The position numbers and the translations under genes were made by a program. Positions 36,071-48,400 of a DNA stretch of 64,000 bases are shown piece by piece. The notes under the pieces were generated by a model, which saw only the letters and a list, made by a program, of their open reading frames with translations, ran no database searches and was not told the origin of the DNA. The stretch's first letter is position 1. The number at the start of each line of letters is the position of its first letter. The stretch covers positions 434,001-498,000 of the forward strand of contig NW_025764992.1 in the NCBI RefSeq assembly GCF_003918875.1, written 5' to 3'. This DNA comes from Haliotis rubra (taxonomy: Eukaryota).

Positions 36071-37438
36071 ATGTATGCAAATGTTTCGAGGGTTTGATTT
36101 ACAGTGCCAACGTCTGGAGATGTGACCAGGCAGTATGAATGTTCTTCTAACACTGACTATAGTTGGGACATCCCACATCGCCAGGACTGACCGTTATTCT
36201 CCAACCGCGACTTTTTGTTGTCAATAAAACCAGTCAAGGCCATAGCATTGTGATGTAATGTCATAACGTCCGTTTTGTTGTCAAGCAGCTGTTTTGACAA
36301 TCAGATGTGTTAACTCTTATTTGTGTCAAATGTCATTGTGTTGAATTTTGTTACTGATAGTTTCCGAAATGAAGTCGTGAGCAGTTGCTGCAGCTGCAGC
36401 ATTAAATGGGGGACTTTCAGCCGATACGTGGTTGTGGTTATGGTGGTGGTCGAATAGTTTAAGGGCAACTTGGGCCAATACGAGACTGAGTTGCAGAGTT
36501 GTCTCCCCTATATCGTCAACTTTGTATGTAGGGTGCTAATCGTCTGTATTCACTCAATTGTTCGTTCATAGTGGATTGATAAATATGTGATATGTCTCTA
36601 TCGCAATAAACACGTACAAGTGGAAGAATTCGTTGTGTGTATTATTTTGTCAACAACTCCAAAATACTCATCTATTAACACACGGATCGCTTTTCAGACG
36701 TACACTCACATACGATGACGGTCGTTGAAAGAAGAGACGGTTGAGATACGATCGTTGTGATTGCCAAATACCTCATTCTACATGAACCGAAGAATTTATA
36801 CATTGTAATTGTGATAAAATAAAGGGCTGAGTAGCACAACGATGAGGGTGGGTAAACGGCGGTAAACGCTCAGTCAAATATCTTTCAGTGAGCCGTTTAA
36901 GGTCCCGGTGACATGACTGTCAATATATTGTCTAATATATTGGACCAGAAGTAGGATCAACAAGCCGTGACAGAGTTGTCTCCCCTATATTGTCAACTTT
37001 GAATCCAGGCACCCATGATACACACTCTTCAAAAAGGTGAAACGCCTTGACGAACGTCAAAACTATTTACTGTGTTCATTATTATATGTGCGTATGATAC
37101 AAGGTTGAGCCTCAGCATAGAGACAGACACATGCAACTATAAGGATTGTCCTGTGCAACACGAATACGTCCGCGCGTGTGCGTTCCGATGAGCACCATAT
37201 GTGGAGTCATCACTGCTTAATATCTCCTTACCACAGCATGAATATGTCTACTGAATCTGACACGTGTCCTCCGGTCTTCCTCCAACACGTTGGCCAGATA
37301 AGTGTCAGCATATGCTGACGTTGACGTACACATTTATCGAGTTTCTCTCATAGATGCTCTACTGGGTTCAGAGCTCATTGGAAGACCATTGCAAGACAGA
37401 CGTTAGAATTATAAAGGAACGCGAGCTGTGTATGATGT

Positions 37439-37625
37439 AGTGAGTGAGTGCCGCACTCAGCAATACTCCAGCTATAAGGCGGCGGTCTGTAAATAATCGA
37501 GTCTAGAACAGACAATCCAGTGATCAACAGCATGAGCATCGATCTACGCAAATGAGATTCGATGACAAGTGTCAACCAAGTCAGCACGCATGACCACCCG
37601 ATCCCGTTAGTCGCCTCTTACGAAC
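37439..37625 (-). mobile_element. SINE-like family B, partial
   Basis: Matches the family B body. Confidence 0.8.
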
Positions 37626-37869
37626 TCGGGTTAGAACAGACCCCTATGACTCTATTGCTAGTTGTAAGAGGCAATTATTTACACTCACACCGCCACACTG
37701 CTCACGTGTTCACCCATCCACCGTCTCCACAACACAACCGTCGCCGACACACACATCAAAACACACAGTAGAACACAAGACTAAACCGAGACGTTTCTTT
37801 AATTGTGTGGTAACAGCGCGACAATTATATAAAGGTTTTATAATGCTAGACACATTACTAAAACTAAAT

Positions 37870-38072
37870 TCACTCATGACTGTGGGAATATAACACCACA
37901 AGTAGGACTGCTATCGTCGATGTAAGGAGTTGTGGTGTGGCACGTGTGACGTCACTACTGACGTCACCGAGGGTGGCTGGAGTCTCCTGGAATCTGATGC
38001 GACCCTCTATCCCGATGGTCAAAGGTGATACACGACTTGCGTATTCAATGAAGACATCGGCGTCCAGATCTC
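37870..38072 (-). CDS. NT5E: Gene 3 exon 9 (terminal)
   Basis: DLDADVFIEYASRVSPLTIGIEGRIRF...TIAVLLVVLYSHSHE*. Confidence 0.88.
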
Positions 38073-41000
38073 CTGTAACACGACAATATCATCAACAACT
38101 TCGACAATGCGCGCCAGAGAGACCATCCTGGCCACAAAGATGGTATCCAATCAAGACATTTAGATCACCAATACATTTTATTTACCAAGTGACATCTCTT
38201 ACCTATTTGGTGAAGGCGAATCTTATTGTCATTTATGACGTCATATCCGCTTCCGCCGTTTGATAAAAACGATGGCATCACGATCTTGTATACCTCGGCG
38301 TCCTCGAGATCCACGTAGTGGGGCACGGAACAGTTGGTGCACCTGACCTTCACCTCTGCCACCCTTTGACCTACCGGCTTCTGCATGTCGTAAACGATTT
38401 GCATACCTGACGAGAAGAAATGAAGAGCACATTTACGATACTGATACATCTCAACTAAGACAGAACTTACGAAGTCAAGTACAGAATATCTGATGTGTCT
38501 GTATTACAACAGGCTTCTCCCTACAGTGTTGAGCCGTCTGACATCAGAGTGAGTGAGTTTAGTTTTTCGCCGCACTCAGCAATAATCCAGCTTTATAGCG
38601 GCGGTCTGTAAATAATTGAGTCTGGATCAGACAATCCAGTAATCAACAGCACGGGCATCAATCTGCGCAATAGGGAACCGATGACATGTGTCAACCAAGT
38701 AAGCGAGCCTGACCACCCGATCCCGTTAGTCGCCTCTTACGACAAGCATGGGCTGCTGAAGATCAATTCTAACCCGGAGCGTCACGGGCCTCTGACATCA
38801 GAGCCCTCAGAATATCTGCTGTTTCTGGCATGTATCACTACAGTCTGTGGGCAGAGTTGCGTCCGTTGGGCAAGCTGGACACCTTTGACCGCGGGTTATA
38901 ATCCCTGTTCGCCCCGAGTATCTGTTTGACTTGATCAGCACCATACCCGTGCCAAAATGTGGTAAACGTCTGACACCTGCAATTGATCCCCATCAAGCTG
39001 ACACGCCCCGTCATAACTGGACTACTGTAAAATGTGACTATAAACCAACCTCTCTCACTCGCTTTGATGCTCATGCTGTTGATCACTGGATTATCTGGTC
39101 CAAACTCGATTATTGACAGACTGCCGCCATATAGCTGGAATATTTGCTGAGTTCGGCGTAAACCTCACTCACTCACACACTCACTCATCAACCCAAACCA
39201 CACACACACACACCAACCCAACCCCCACATCCACCCACCCACGAACCAACCATCCCAACCCACACACCCACTCTAACTCACTCACTCACTCACTACGTTG
39301 ACGTATCTGACCTTAGAGAAACATCTGTGCCGGGCTTGCCGTATTACGTCTGTCATCACAGACCTAGTGTAACCTACCTGACACCTGGAGGAATCCCCAG
39401 AACAACCTCCCGGTCTTCACCCACTTGGATGCCATGAACTCCAGAGTCTCCCGGACATGTTTCCCCAGAAGCTCCACGATGTCCACGGTATTCCGGTATG
39501 GCAGCACGGTCTGCATGTCTCCCATTGTGACGTCACCTGCACGTTGAAAAACTTGAAGGCATAACATCAGAATTTTGCTCTTCTTGAAAGCATAGCATTG
39601 AAAGTGTTTTGGCTAAACCACGACGTTTCTGAATATGTTTTATGGTTGTACAATTATAAACGTGTGTAGACCCAGTGATATATTTACTTTGGCTGGAGCA
39701 GTGTTCACCAGGTAAAGCATTACCTGGCGGGATAGACGCCCGGATGCCGCCTCCGTGCATGAAGGCGATGGCCACGTGGTTCCATTCCAGAGAGTCGCTG
39801 TGCTTCAGGTTTTGGTGCACCATGCCATCAGCTATCAGGTTACCTTGGATACAAGGAAACAGGATTTTTAATATGAAAACGGGAGTTGTGATGAGGTGAG
39901 GGGGAAGAATCGTATAGTACTGAACAGTTGTACAATATGTTTTACCTTGTTAAGTTAGCTCTGAGTGTGTGTGTGTATGTGTTTTCGTGTATGTGCTAGG
40001 GGTGGGTATTGCACAGAATTTTCATATTGCGATATATTGCGATGCGAAAGCATATATTGCGATATGTATTGCAATATATTGTAAGAAGTATTTTTCAACA
40101 AAAAAACTACGTATAATCGAGTTAATGCTTGATTTATAAAGCATGAACACAACAAAATCACTATGCTTGATTAAGCTTTAATAAAAACTTTTAATCATGA
40201 CGAAATAATAATGTAAATAATATTTAGCACAAATGAAACAAGGAAATATCCGAAGATGTCCGAGTGTTACAAAGTTTTCCGAATGCAAATCAAAATACCG
40301 GTTTTCGATCAGCGTATCGCAATACGTATCGTTTTCATGTCTGAACCGGTAAATACCGGTAAACCGGTTATATTGCGCAGCCCTAGTATGTGCGTGAGTG
40401 TTACAGTTCTCTTACTCGGTAAACCTAATAGGACAATTTGGTTGTGGAGCGAACTGAAGATAGGTGGTGAGAGCTGCTTTAAGGGTTGATGAGGAGTGAC
40501 TGGTTTTAATGATGAGGGGTTGCTTGGTGATGAGAGTTCGATTGAGGAGAGACAAGGAGTGGAAGGAAAACAATACTGTACAACTAAAATATATTTAGTA
40601 TTTATTATACACTTCCACTTTCTGCAAGCGTCTTACCAAGATTGCACTCTTTGACCCTACACGAAGACTTTCCCCGTCCAGCTGCACTAGACTCTTGGCC
40701 ACCACCGCGCCTGACTCGTTGGCCACGCCCTCTTTGTACGGCTGCATCAGCTGTAGGGTCATCTCGTCTAAAACCGACCGAAATCAGTCTCATTTGTCCG
40801 TCTCTGTCGGTAAACGTAAAGTCGTATTTTGATTTTGAAACGTGATTGATCACGTTCGTCTTATACAATGGCATGCGTTGCCTACTTGTTCATAATATCC
40901 TTCCGAGGCAAGTCCATCTGACCAAAGGTAACCTGATCTGGTTCAATACATATATCAATTTGGTCCCACGCAGAAACCCTACCTTGTGCTGTGTTGTTGT

Positions 41001-44000
41001 CCAGTAGGATTGGGTTACCTCCCCATGACGTGATGACACCTTCCGGGTCAAAGGTAACTTCCAGAGATCCAAGGTACTTCCCGTATCTGTAGTCCTGAAC
41101 CACGAGCACCTTGGCCCCTCCGGGCTGGGTTACCACATGAGGATACTCTCCTTCCGGTTCCTCAATGGAGGGTTGCTGTCCTAAAACAATAACAAAAATA
41201 CATTTGTAACTTGACTGGATAGAGAGAAAACACTTTGAGAAGGACTATTTCAGGTGACGAGATTTCCTCTTCAACCTTTAAGTTTTCATATCCTTCATAC
41301 AAATCAGGCGATACGCATGTGGTAAATGTGTTTGTTTGTTACGCATAGGCTCGGGTTCAACTCCCTTCATGTATGTACTGTATGATAAACATTTCTGTTG
41401 TCCTTATGGGCTACTGTCTATGTCCAACGGCTACGGTGTCAGGAAAATCAGTTTGCGACAGATCCCCTGATTCTCTACAGAAGCATTGGCTGCTGAGGAT
41501 GTGTGTTAAAGTCACTTTACATGGAGTATCATCACGATGTCGAATGTAGATTCGTTTAAACAGGGACGGTGGGGGTAGCCAAGTGGTTATAGCGTTCGCT
41601 CCGTCACGCTGAAGATCCAGGTTCGATTCCCCACGTGGGTACCATGTGTAAATCCCATTTTTAGTGTCCCCCACTGCAATATTGCTACAAGCGGCGCAAA
41701 ACTAAACTGACGCACTCATTTAAACTGATGTGTTTTATATCTGCTGTATGTAGGCGAATGGTGTACACTTGGTGTTTGCTGTATTTGAAGGTGCTGCTAT
41801 GCATGCACGTGGTGTTGCAGTTGTACATGATGCTGTGTTTGTGAATGTTGGATGTGGATGTGATCGTGGTTGTCAGTATATACAGAACTGGCTCACCTGT
41901 GTAGAGGAAGGTGTTGGTGTGACCCCCGACCACCACATCAAGATTTCTGACCTCCGCCGCTATCCTTTTATCAATGGTGAACCCCGAGTGGCCGAGAGCA
42001 ATGATCTTGTTAATGCCCTGCGACGTCAGGATGTCAGCCTCTCTCTGGACAGCTACAACCTCATCCTGGAATCGCAGGTTTCTACCTAAAAGATTATTCA
42101 TTTATTTGACAGGTCAATTTAAACAGTGAAGAGAAAATTAGGCTCGTTTGCTCTTCTTATTCCACTCTCAATGCCTTTTTAAATAATATACAGTGATTAC
42201 CCCTTTGCTATAAATCTCCACAAGCAGTAATCCCACAGTATACCGTATTTCCTCTAATAAAAAAACAGGGGGACTTATTTTTTAACGGACTTCTAGACCA
42301 GGCGTTTATTGCTTACGATTACTTAAATTACATTTGTGACGTCATTCCTTTTGTTTGCTCGCTTCATTACTTTTCAGGAATGGAGCGATGTGTACCCGTT
42401 TCAAATTAAAGCCTTCATTTTGTCATTTTGACATATAATTTTGATAACAGAAATATTCCCAATACTTTGAATGTAATTTAAGTAGGGCAATATCCTCGTA
42501 ACTCTCTATTCCTTTAAAATAATGTGCCTCGGCTCCATTATTACCCTCTACATAATATCCATCAAGCCGTGCCATGTGGAGGACAGGAAGTTATCACTAA
42601 AGGGACCATTCCTTAATAAATTTATTTTTGGATCAAGGGAGAATACATTTATTAAAATACCCGTACCCGGCGCTTATTAGAGGTCCGGTGCTTATTAGAG
42701 GAAATACGGTAACTACCATCACTAAATACTCTCATTATCGATACAGGCAGACAGTATACCTAAAGAGTCTTCTATGATATCTATGATATTAAAACAATTC
42801 ACAGCATAAATTTTACTGTCTAGGGAGGGTTATGGCTATAGGCAAAGTAGGTAAAGTGTTCGCTCGTCACTGGGTTCGAAGCAACTTTGTTCGAGTTCAA
42901 ACAGGGGTACATTCTGTAAAGCCAATTTCGGGTGTCTTTCGCCGTCATATTGATAGTGTTAACCTTACTCACCGACTGAACACAAATAGCGACGTTCAAC
43001 CAAACACAGTCAGTCACTTTATTCAGTAAATGTGAGAAAGTTAGGCTGAACCAAGAACTGTATTTCAGACAGATAGAGATTTGTCCGCCATGTGTGGGAG
43101 GCAAGATTCATAATTGGGCGACCAGGGGAAGGCAACTGGGAAAGCACAATCCTGCAATGAGATTTTTATTGTTGTTTTTAGAGCGATCCACACAAACGCA
43201 ACTATGTTCGCTTACAGATCTTACCTGTTGACGAAATTAATTGTGTCTCTCTGGATGTGTACCCAATGACCCCGATTCGTTCTCCCTCGACCGTCAGCAC
43301 CGTGTGTTTCACCAACTTGTCATTCACCAACGGCTCTCGTGTAGCATCAATGTTGGCGCTGGCAACGGTGAAGTTGACGTCGTTGAGGAAGAGTGTCAGT
43401 CCCTCAATGCCAAGGTCAAACTCGTGATTTCCTAGAGTCTATGTGATATATAAAATATTACTGTATGCTCAAGGCTGTATGCAAAGAGAGGTTGACTTAT
43501 AATGGCGTCACACTGAAACAGGTTCATGTATCAACCATGACGTCATACTGCAAACAGTAAATTAAACTCATTATGGCGTCACAATGCAACTATTTTTTAA
43601 ATATATATATTTTTTTGACAATGCAACTATTCATATACTCACCATGACGTCACAATATAATAGGTTCGTACACTCACCATGACGTCATACTGCAACAGGT
43701 TCATGAATCTGGCCACAACAGCACCGCGGTACTTGTAGAACCACAACGTCCCCGAGAACTCGTCCCCTGCAGACAGGAGGATTGTGTTGGGATGGAGGTC
43801 ACGCTGTTCTCGGACCTTGGTCACCAGTCTCGCTGTCCCACCGAAACATTTCCCTTCTGCCACATCGTCGGCCGGACACTGACCACTATACTTGTTGGTC
43901 TGCTCGAATCTTGCGTGGATGTCGTTGGTGTGGAGGATGGTGAGGTTGAAGCCGACGACAAGCTCTGGCAGGAAGATGACGTAGAGGGAGAGAAGACGTA

Positions 44001-44013
44001 ATGAGCGGGCCAT
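37870..44013 (-). CDS. NT5E: Gene 3: ecto-5'-nucleotidase (CD73-like), 9 exons; -1 frameshift in exon 5 as assembled
   Basis: Exons 44013-43678, 43438-43225, 42085-41897, 41180-40983, 40767-40637, 39843-39724, 39536-39378, 38406-38203, 38072-37870. Signal peptide and hydrophobic GPI-like C-terminus. Confidence 0.9.
38203..38406 (-). CDS. NT5E: Gene 3 exon 8 (204 nt)
   Basis: VYDMQKPVGQRV...PSFLSNGGSGY. Confidence 0.92.
38550..38790 (-). mobile_element. SINE-like family B, full length with 13-bp TSD
   Basis: TSD TCTGACATCAGAG. Confidence 0.92.
39378..39536 (-). CDS. NT5E: Gene 3 exon 7 (159 nt)
   Basis: DVTMGDMQTVLPYRNT...WGFLQVS. Confidence 0.92.
39724..39843 (-). CDS. NT5E: Gene 3 exon 6 (120 nt)
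   Basis: NLIADGMV...AFMHGGGIRASIPP. Confidence 0.92.
39997..40385. mobile_element. hAT-type MITE
   Basis: TAGGG...CCCTA termini; 8-bp TSD GTATGTGC. Confidence 0.85.
40637..40767 (-). CDS. NT5E: Gene 3 exon 5 (131 nt; paralogs 132)
   Basis: EMTLQLMQPYK...LDGE, frame change, KSSCRVKECNL. Confidence 0.88.
40983..41180 (-). CDS. NT5E: Gene 3 exon 4 (198 nt)
   Basis: VVQDYRYGKYLG...GNPILLDNNTAQ. Confidence 0.92.
41562..41718 (+). mobile_element. SINE family A
   Basis: A/B boxes and tail. Confidence 0.8.
41897..42085 (-). CDS. NT5E: Gene 3 exon 3 (189 nt)
   Basis: RNLRFQDEV...ALGHSGF...GGHTNTFLYT. Confidence 0.92.
42243..42709. mobile_element. Tc1/pogo-type MITE
   Basis: TIR CCGTATTTCCTCTAATAA / TTATTAGAGGAAATACGG; TA TSD. 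Confidence 0.88.
43225..43438 (-). CDS. NT5E: Gene 3 exon 2 (214 nt)
   Basis: TLGNHEFDLGIEGL...GVIGYTSRETQLISST. Confidence 0.9.
43678..44013 (-). CDS. NT5E: Gene 3 exon 1 (336 nt)
   Basis: MARSLRLLSLYVIFLPELVVGFNLTILHTNDIH...YDVM; GTGAG donor. Confidence 0.92.
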
Positions 44014-44461
44014 AATGGAGTCTTTTCTCTCGTCCAGACCCACTGAGAAAGGTTGACAATCTGCAGACAGACAGACACCAGTTTATGGGTGCCCAAGCAT
44101 CCTTTGCCGCCTGCGATAACACTACTTGAGTTGACAGCCGGGACTATATTGTGTCGTTCAAGTTGTATGAGCTTGCATATGTTTTAAACATAGCTTCTCA
44201 ACTGGTGTCGCGTAACATTCATTTGTTTAGATATTTTACATGCTGAATGTCGGTATGTATGTGACCTATCTACCAGCATGTTTGGTTGTAAGGGGTGTGT
44301 ACACAAGGTATGTTTGTACAACCATCTCATGTTCCTCATGTTACTTCATTGGCAAAACAGTCCACCTATGTTTGAATGTGCTTGGAATAGTTCTCATGTT
44401 GCATTTAAGAAATACAGTTCGCTCTACCACCATGTATAGTGTAATAAAACACACTTTCGCC

Positions 44462-45248
44462 CTATTATAGTTAAAGTACGAGGACGCTTGCGTCCGAGTG
44501 CTTTAACGTTACAATAACGTTACAATAGTTTCTTTTCTAAGATGCCAAATATAATACTTTCTAAGGATAATTACGATTCATTTAAGGCAGAAAACAAACG
44601 ATGGTGTCGGTGACCTAAATTAAACTGTCGCGCTGTTCTATTGATGTGTCCGCCCGCCTACGTTAAGACGAACGTTACCAGAAAAAAACAAATGATAACA
44701 GTTTGATGACGGTTTACGTTCTGATTAAATATCTTCTCTCAATTATTTTAATTACATCTGTCATTAACGTAAACCATATGGGGCAATATGAACGTCGCAT
44801 TTCGACTACCAACGTAAGTTTAGATCAGTACATCCAGATGAAGCGGAGTAGTCTAGCGACATTCCACGATTGTATTGTGGGAATGTAAACATTGCGGACG
44901 TTACCGTGTCGCTGAAAACTTGTGAGTCGAATTGACACATTTTAACCGTCGTAAAACATAAACGTAATGTTTCCACAAGTGATGTTAGCTGCGTGAAGCA
45001 ACTGCAAACCAAGAAACGGGATGCAACGGAGTAGTTTACTGTAGGAGGCCGTACGAGGCGATGACAACTGACATGCATTGTGACGTAATGTAAAATGGTT
45101 CGATTACGAGGGGGCACACTAGAATGGCGCAGTGACGGGATAACGTCATTCAATTGTTACGTCATCAAAAACCTATACCTTTATTGTCTGATAATGTATT
45201 TTTCTTTCGATTGTTCTAACCGCTAGGCATCTTAGAAACTATGATAAT
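44462..45248. mobile_element. Non-autonomous DNA element with terminal hairpin, upstream of gene 3
   Basis: TTAAAGTACGAGGACGCTTGCGTCCGAGTGCTTTAA hairpin; TTTCTAAGATGCC...GGCATCTTAGAAA inverted pair. Confidence 0.55.
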
Positions 45249-45404
45249 GTCCGTGTTGGTGTTGGTGTCACCACCTTGTGTACTGGTGACGTCATGATGG
45301 GAGCGTGTTTGTTTGTTTGTTTATACAGTTACTGTTTGTCTGTGACGTAACAATGTCATAAATAGAATAATAGAGGGAGTGATGCAATAGGTGTACCTGT
45401 TTTA

Positions 45405-48400
45405 TAATAGGGTATTGTTGGACCAGTGCTATAACAGAGTATTGTTGAACCTGTGCTATTAGAGGGTATTGTTGGACCTGTGCTCTAACAGTATTGTTGG
45501 GCCTGTTCTATAACAGTATTGTTGGACCTGTGCTACAACAGAGTATTGTTGGACCTGTGCTATAACGGTATTGTTGGACCTGTGCTACAACAGAGTATTG
45601 TTGGACCTGTGCTACAACAGAGTATTGTTGGATCTGTGCTATAACGGTATTGTTGGACCTGTGCTACAACAGGGTATTGTTGGACCTGTGCTACAACAGA
45701 GTATTGTTGGACCTGTCCTATAGCAGTATTGTTGAACCAGTGCTATAACAGGGTATTGTTGGACCTGTGCTATGACAGGGTATGGTTGGACCAGTGCTAT
45801 AGCAGTATTGTTGGACCTGGTCTAAAACGGGATATTGCTGGACCAGTGCTATAAGAGGGTATTGTTGGACCTGTTCTATAACTGTATTGTTGGACCTGTG
45901 CTATAACAGGGCATTGTTGGTCCAGTGCTATAACAGGGTATTGTTGGACCTGTGCCATAGCATTATTGTTGGATCTGTGCTATAACAGGGGTATTGTTGG
46001 ACCAGTGCTATGACAGGGTATTGTTGGACCAGTGTTATAACAGGGTATTGTTGGACCTGTGTTATAGCAGTATTGTTAGACCTGTGATATAACAGGGTAT
46101 TGTTAGTTCTGTGCTATAACAGGGTATTGTTGGACCTGTGCCATAGCAGTATAGTTAGACCTGAGCTATAACAGGGTGTTGTTGGGCCAGTGCTATGACA
46201 GGGTATTGTTGGGCCAGTGCTATAACAGGGTATTGTTGGGCCAGTGCTATAACAGGGTATTGTTGGACCTGTGCTATGACAGGGTATTGTTGGACCTGTG
46301 CTATAACAGGCTATTGTTGGGCCAGTGCTATAACAGGGAGTTGTTGGACCAGTGCTATGACAGGGTATTCTTTGAACATGGCAAGTGCTATGACAGGGTA
46401 TTGTTGGACCTGTGCTATAACAGGGTATTGTTAGTTCTGTGCTATAACAGGGTATTGTTTGGCCTTTGTTATGGCAGGGTATTGTTGGGCCAGTGCTACG
46501 ACAGGGTATTGTTGGGCCAGTGCTATGACAGGGTATTGTTGGGCCAGTGCTATAACAGGGTGTTGTTGGACCTGTGCTATAGCAGTATTGTTAGACCTGT
46601 GCTATAACAGGGTATTGTTGGACCTGTGCTATAACAGGGTATTGTTAGTTCTGTTCTATAACAGGGTATTGTTTGGCCTTTGTTATGGCAGGGTATTGTT
46701 GGGCCAGTGCCACGACAGGGTATTGTTGGGCCAGTGCTATGACAGGGTATTGTTAGTTCTGTGCTATAACAGGGTATTGTTGAACCTGTGCTACAGCAGT
46801 ATTGTTGGACCAGTGCTATAGCAGTATTGTTGGACCTGTGCTATAACAAGGTATTGTTAGTTCTGTGCTATAACAGGGTATTGTTGGGCCAGTGTTATGG
46901 CAGGGTATGGACCACGGGTATAACAGGGTATTGCTATAACAGACCATTGTTGGGCCAGTGCTATAACAGGGTATTGTTGGACCTGTGCTATAACAGGGTA
47001 TTGTTGGGCCAGTGCTATAACAGGGTATTGTTGGGCCAGTGCTATAACAGGGTATTGTTGGGCCAGTGCTATGACAGGGTATTGTTGGACCTGTGCTATA
47101 ACAGGGTATTGTTGGACCAGTGCTATAACAGGCTATTGTTTGGCCAGTGCTATAACAGGGTGTTGTTGGACCTGTGCTATAACAGGGTATTGTTGGGCCA
47201 GTGCTATGACAGGGTATTGTTGGGCCAGTGCTATAACAGGGTATTGTTGGGTAAGTGCTATTACAGGGTGTTGTTCGACCTGTGCTATAACAGCGTATTG
47301 TTGGGCCAGTGCTATAACAGGGTATTGTTGGACCTGTGCTATAGCAGTATTGTTAGACCTGTGCTATAACAGGGTATTGTTGGACCTGTGCTATAGCAGT
47401 ATTGTTAGACCTGTGCTATAACAAGGTATTGTTGGACCTGTGCTATAACAGGGTATTGTTGGACATGTGCTATAGCAGTATTGTTAGACCTGTGCTATAA
47501 CAGGGTATTGTTGGACCTGTGCTATAGCAGTATTGTTGGATCTGTGCTATAACAGGGTATTGTTGGACCTGTGCTATAACAGGGTATTGTTGGACATGTG
47601 CTATAGCAGTATTGTTAGACCTGTGCTATAACAGGGTATTGTTGGACCTGTGCTACAGCAGTATTGATAGACCTGTGCTATAACAGGGTATTGTTGGACC
47701 TGTGCCATAATAGGGTATTGTTGGACATGTGCTATAGCAGTATTGTTAGACCTGTACTATAACAGGGTATTGTTGGACATGTGCTATAGCAGTATTGTTA
47801 GACCTGTGCTATAACAGGGTATTGTGGGACCTGTGCTATAGCAGTATTGTTTGACCTGTGCTATAACAGGGTATTGTTGGACCTGTGCCATAATAGGGTA
47901 TTGTTGGACATGTGCTATAGCAGTATTGTTAGACCTGTACTATAACAGGGTATTGTTGGACATGTTCTATAGCAGTATTGTTGGACCTGTGCTATAACAG
48001 GGTATTGTTAGTTCTGTGCTATAACAGGGTATTGTTGGGCCAGTGCTATTACAGGGTATTGCTGGACGTATGCTATAACAGGGTATTGTTGGGCCAGTGC
48101 TATAACAGGGTATTGCTGGACCTGTACTACAACAGGGTACTGTTGGACCTGTGCTATAGCAGTATTGTTGGACCTGTGCTATAACAGGGCATTGTTAGTT
48201 CTGTGCTATAACAGGGTATTGTTGGGCCAGTGCTATAAGAGGATATTGTTGGGCCAGTGCTATAACAGGGTATTGTTGGGCCAGTGCTATGACAGGGTAT
48301 TGCTGGACGTATGCTATAACAGGGTATTGTTGGGCCAGTGCTATAACAGGGCATTGTTGGGCCAGTGCTATGACAGGGCATTGCTGGACGTATGCTATAA

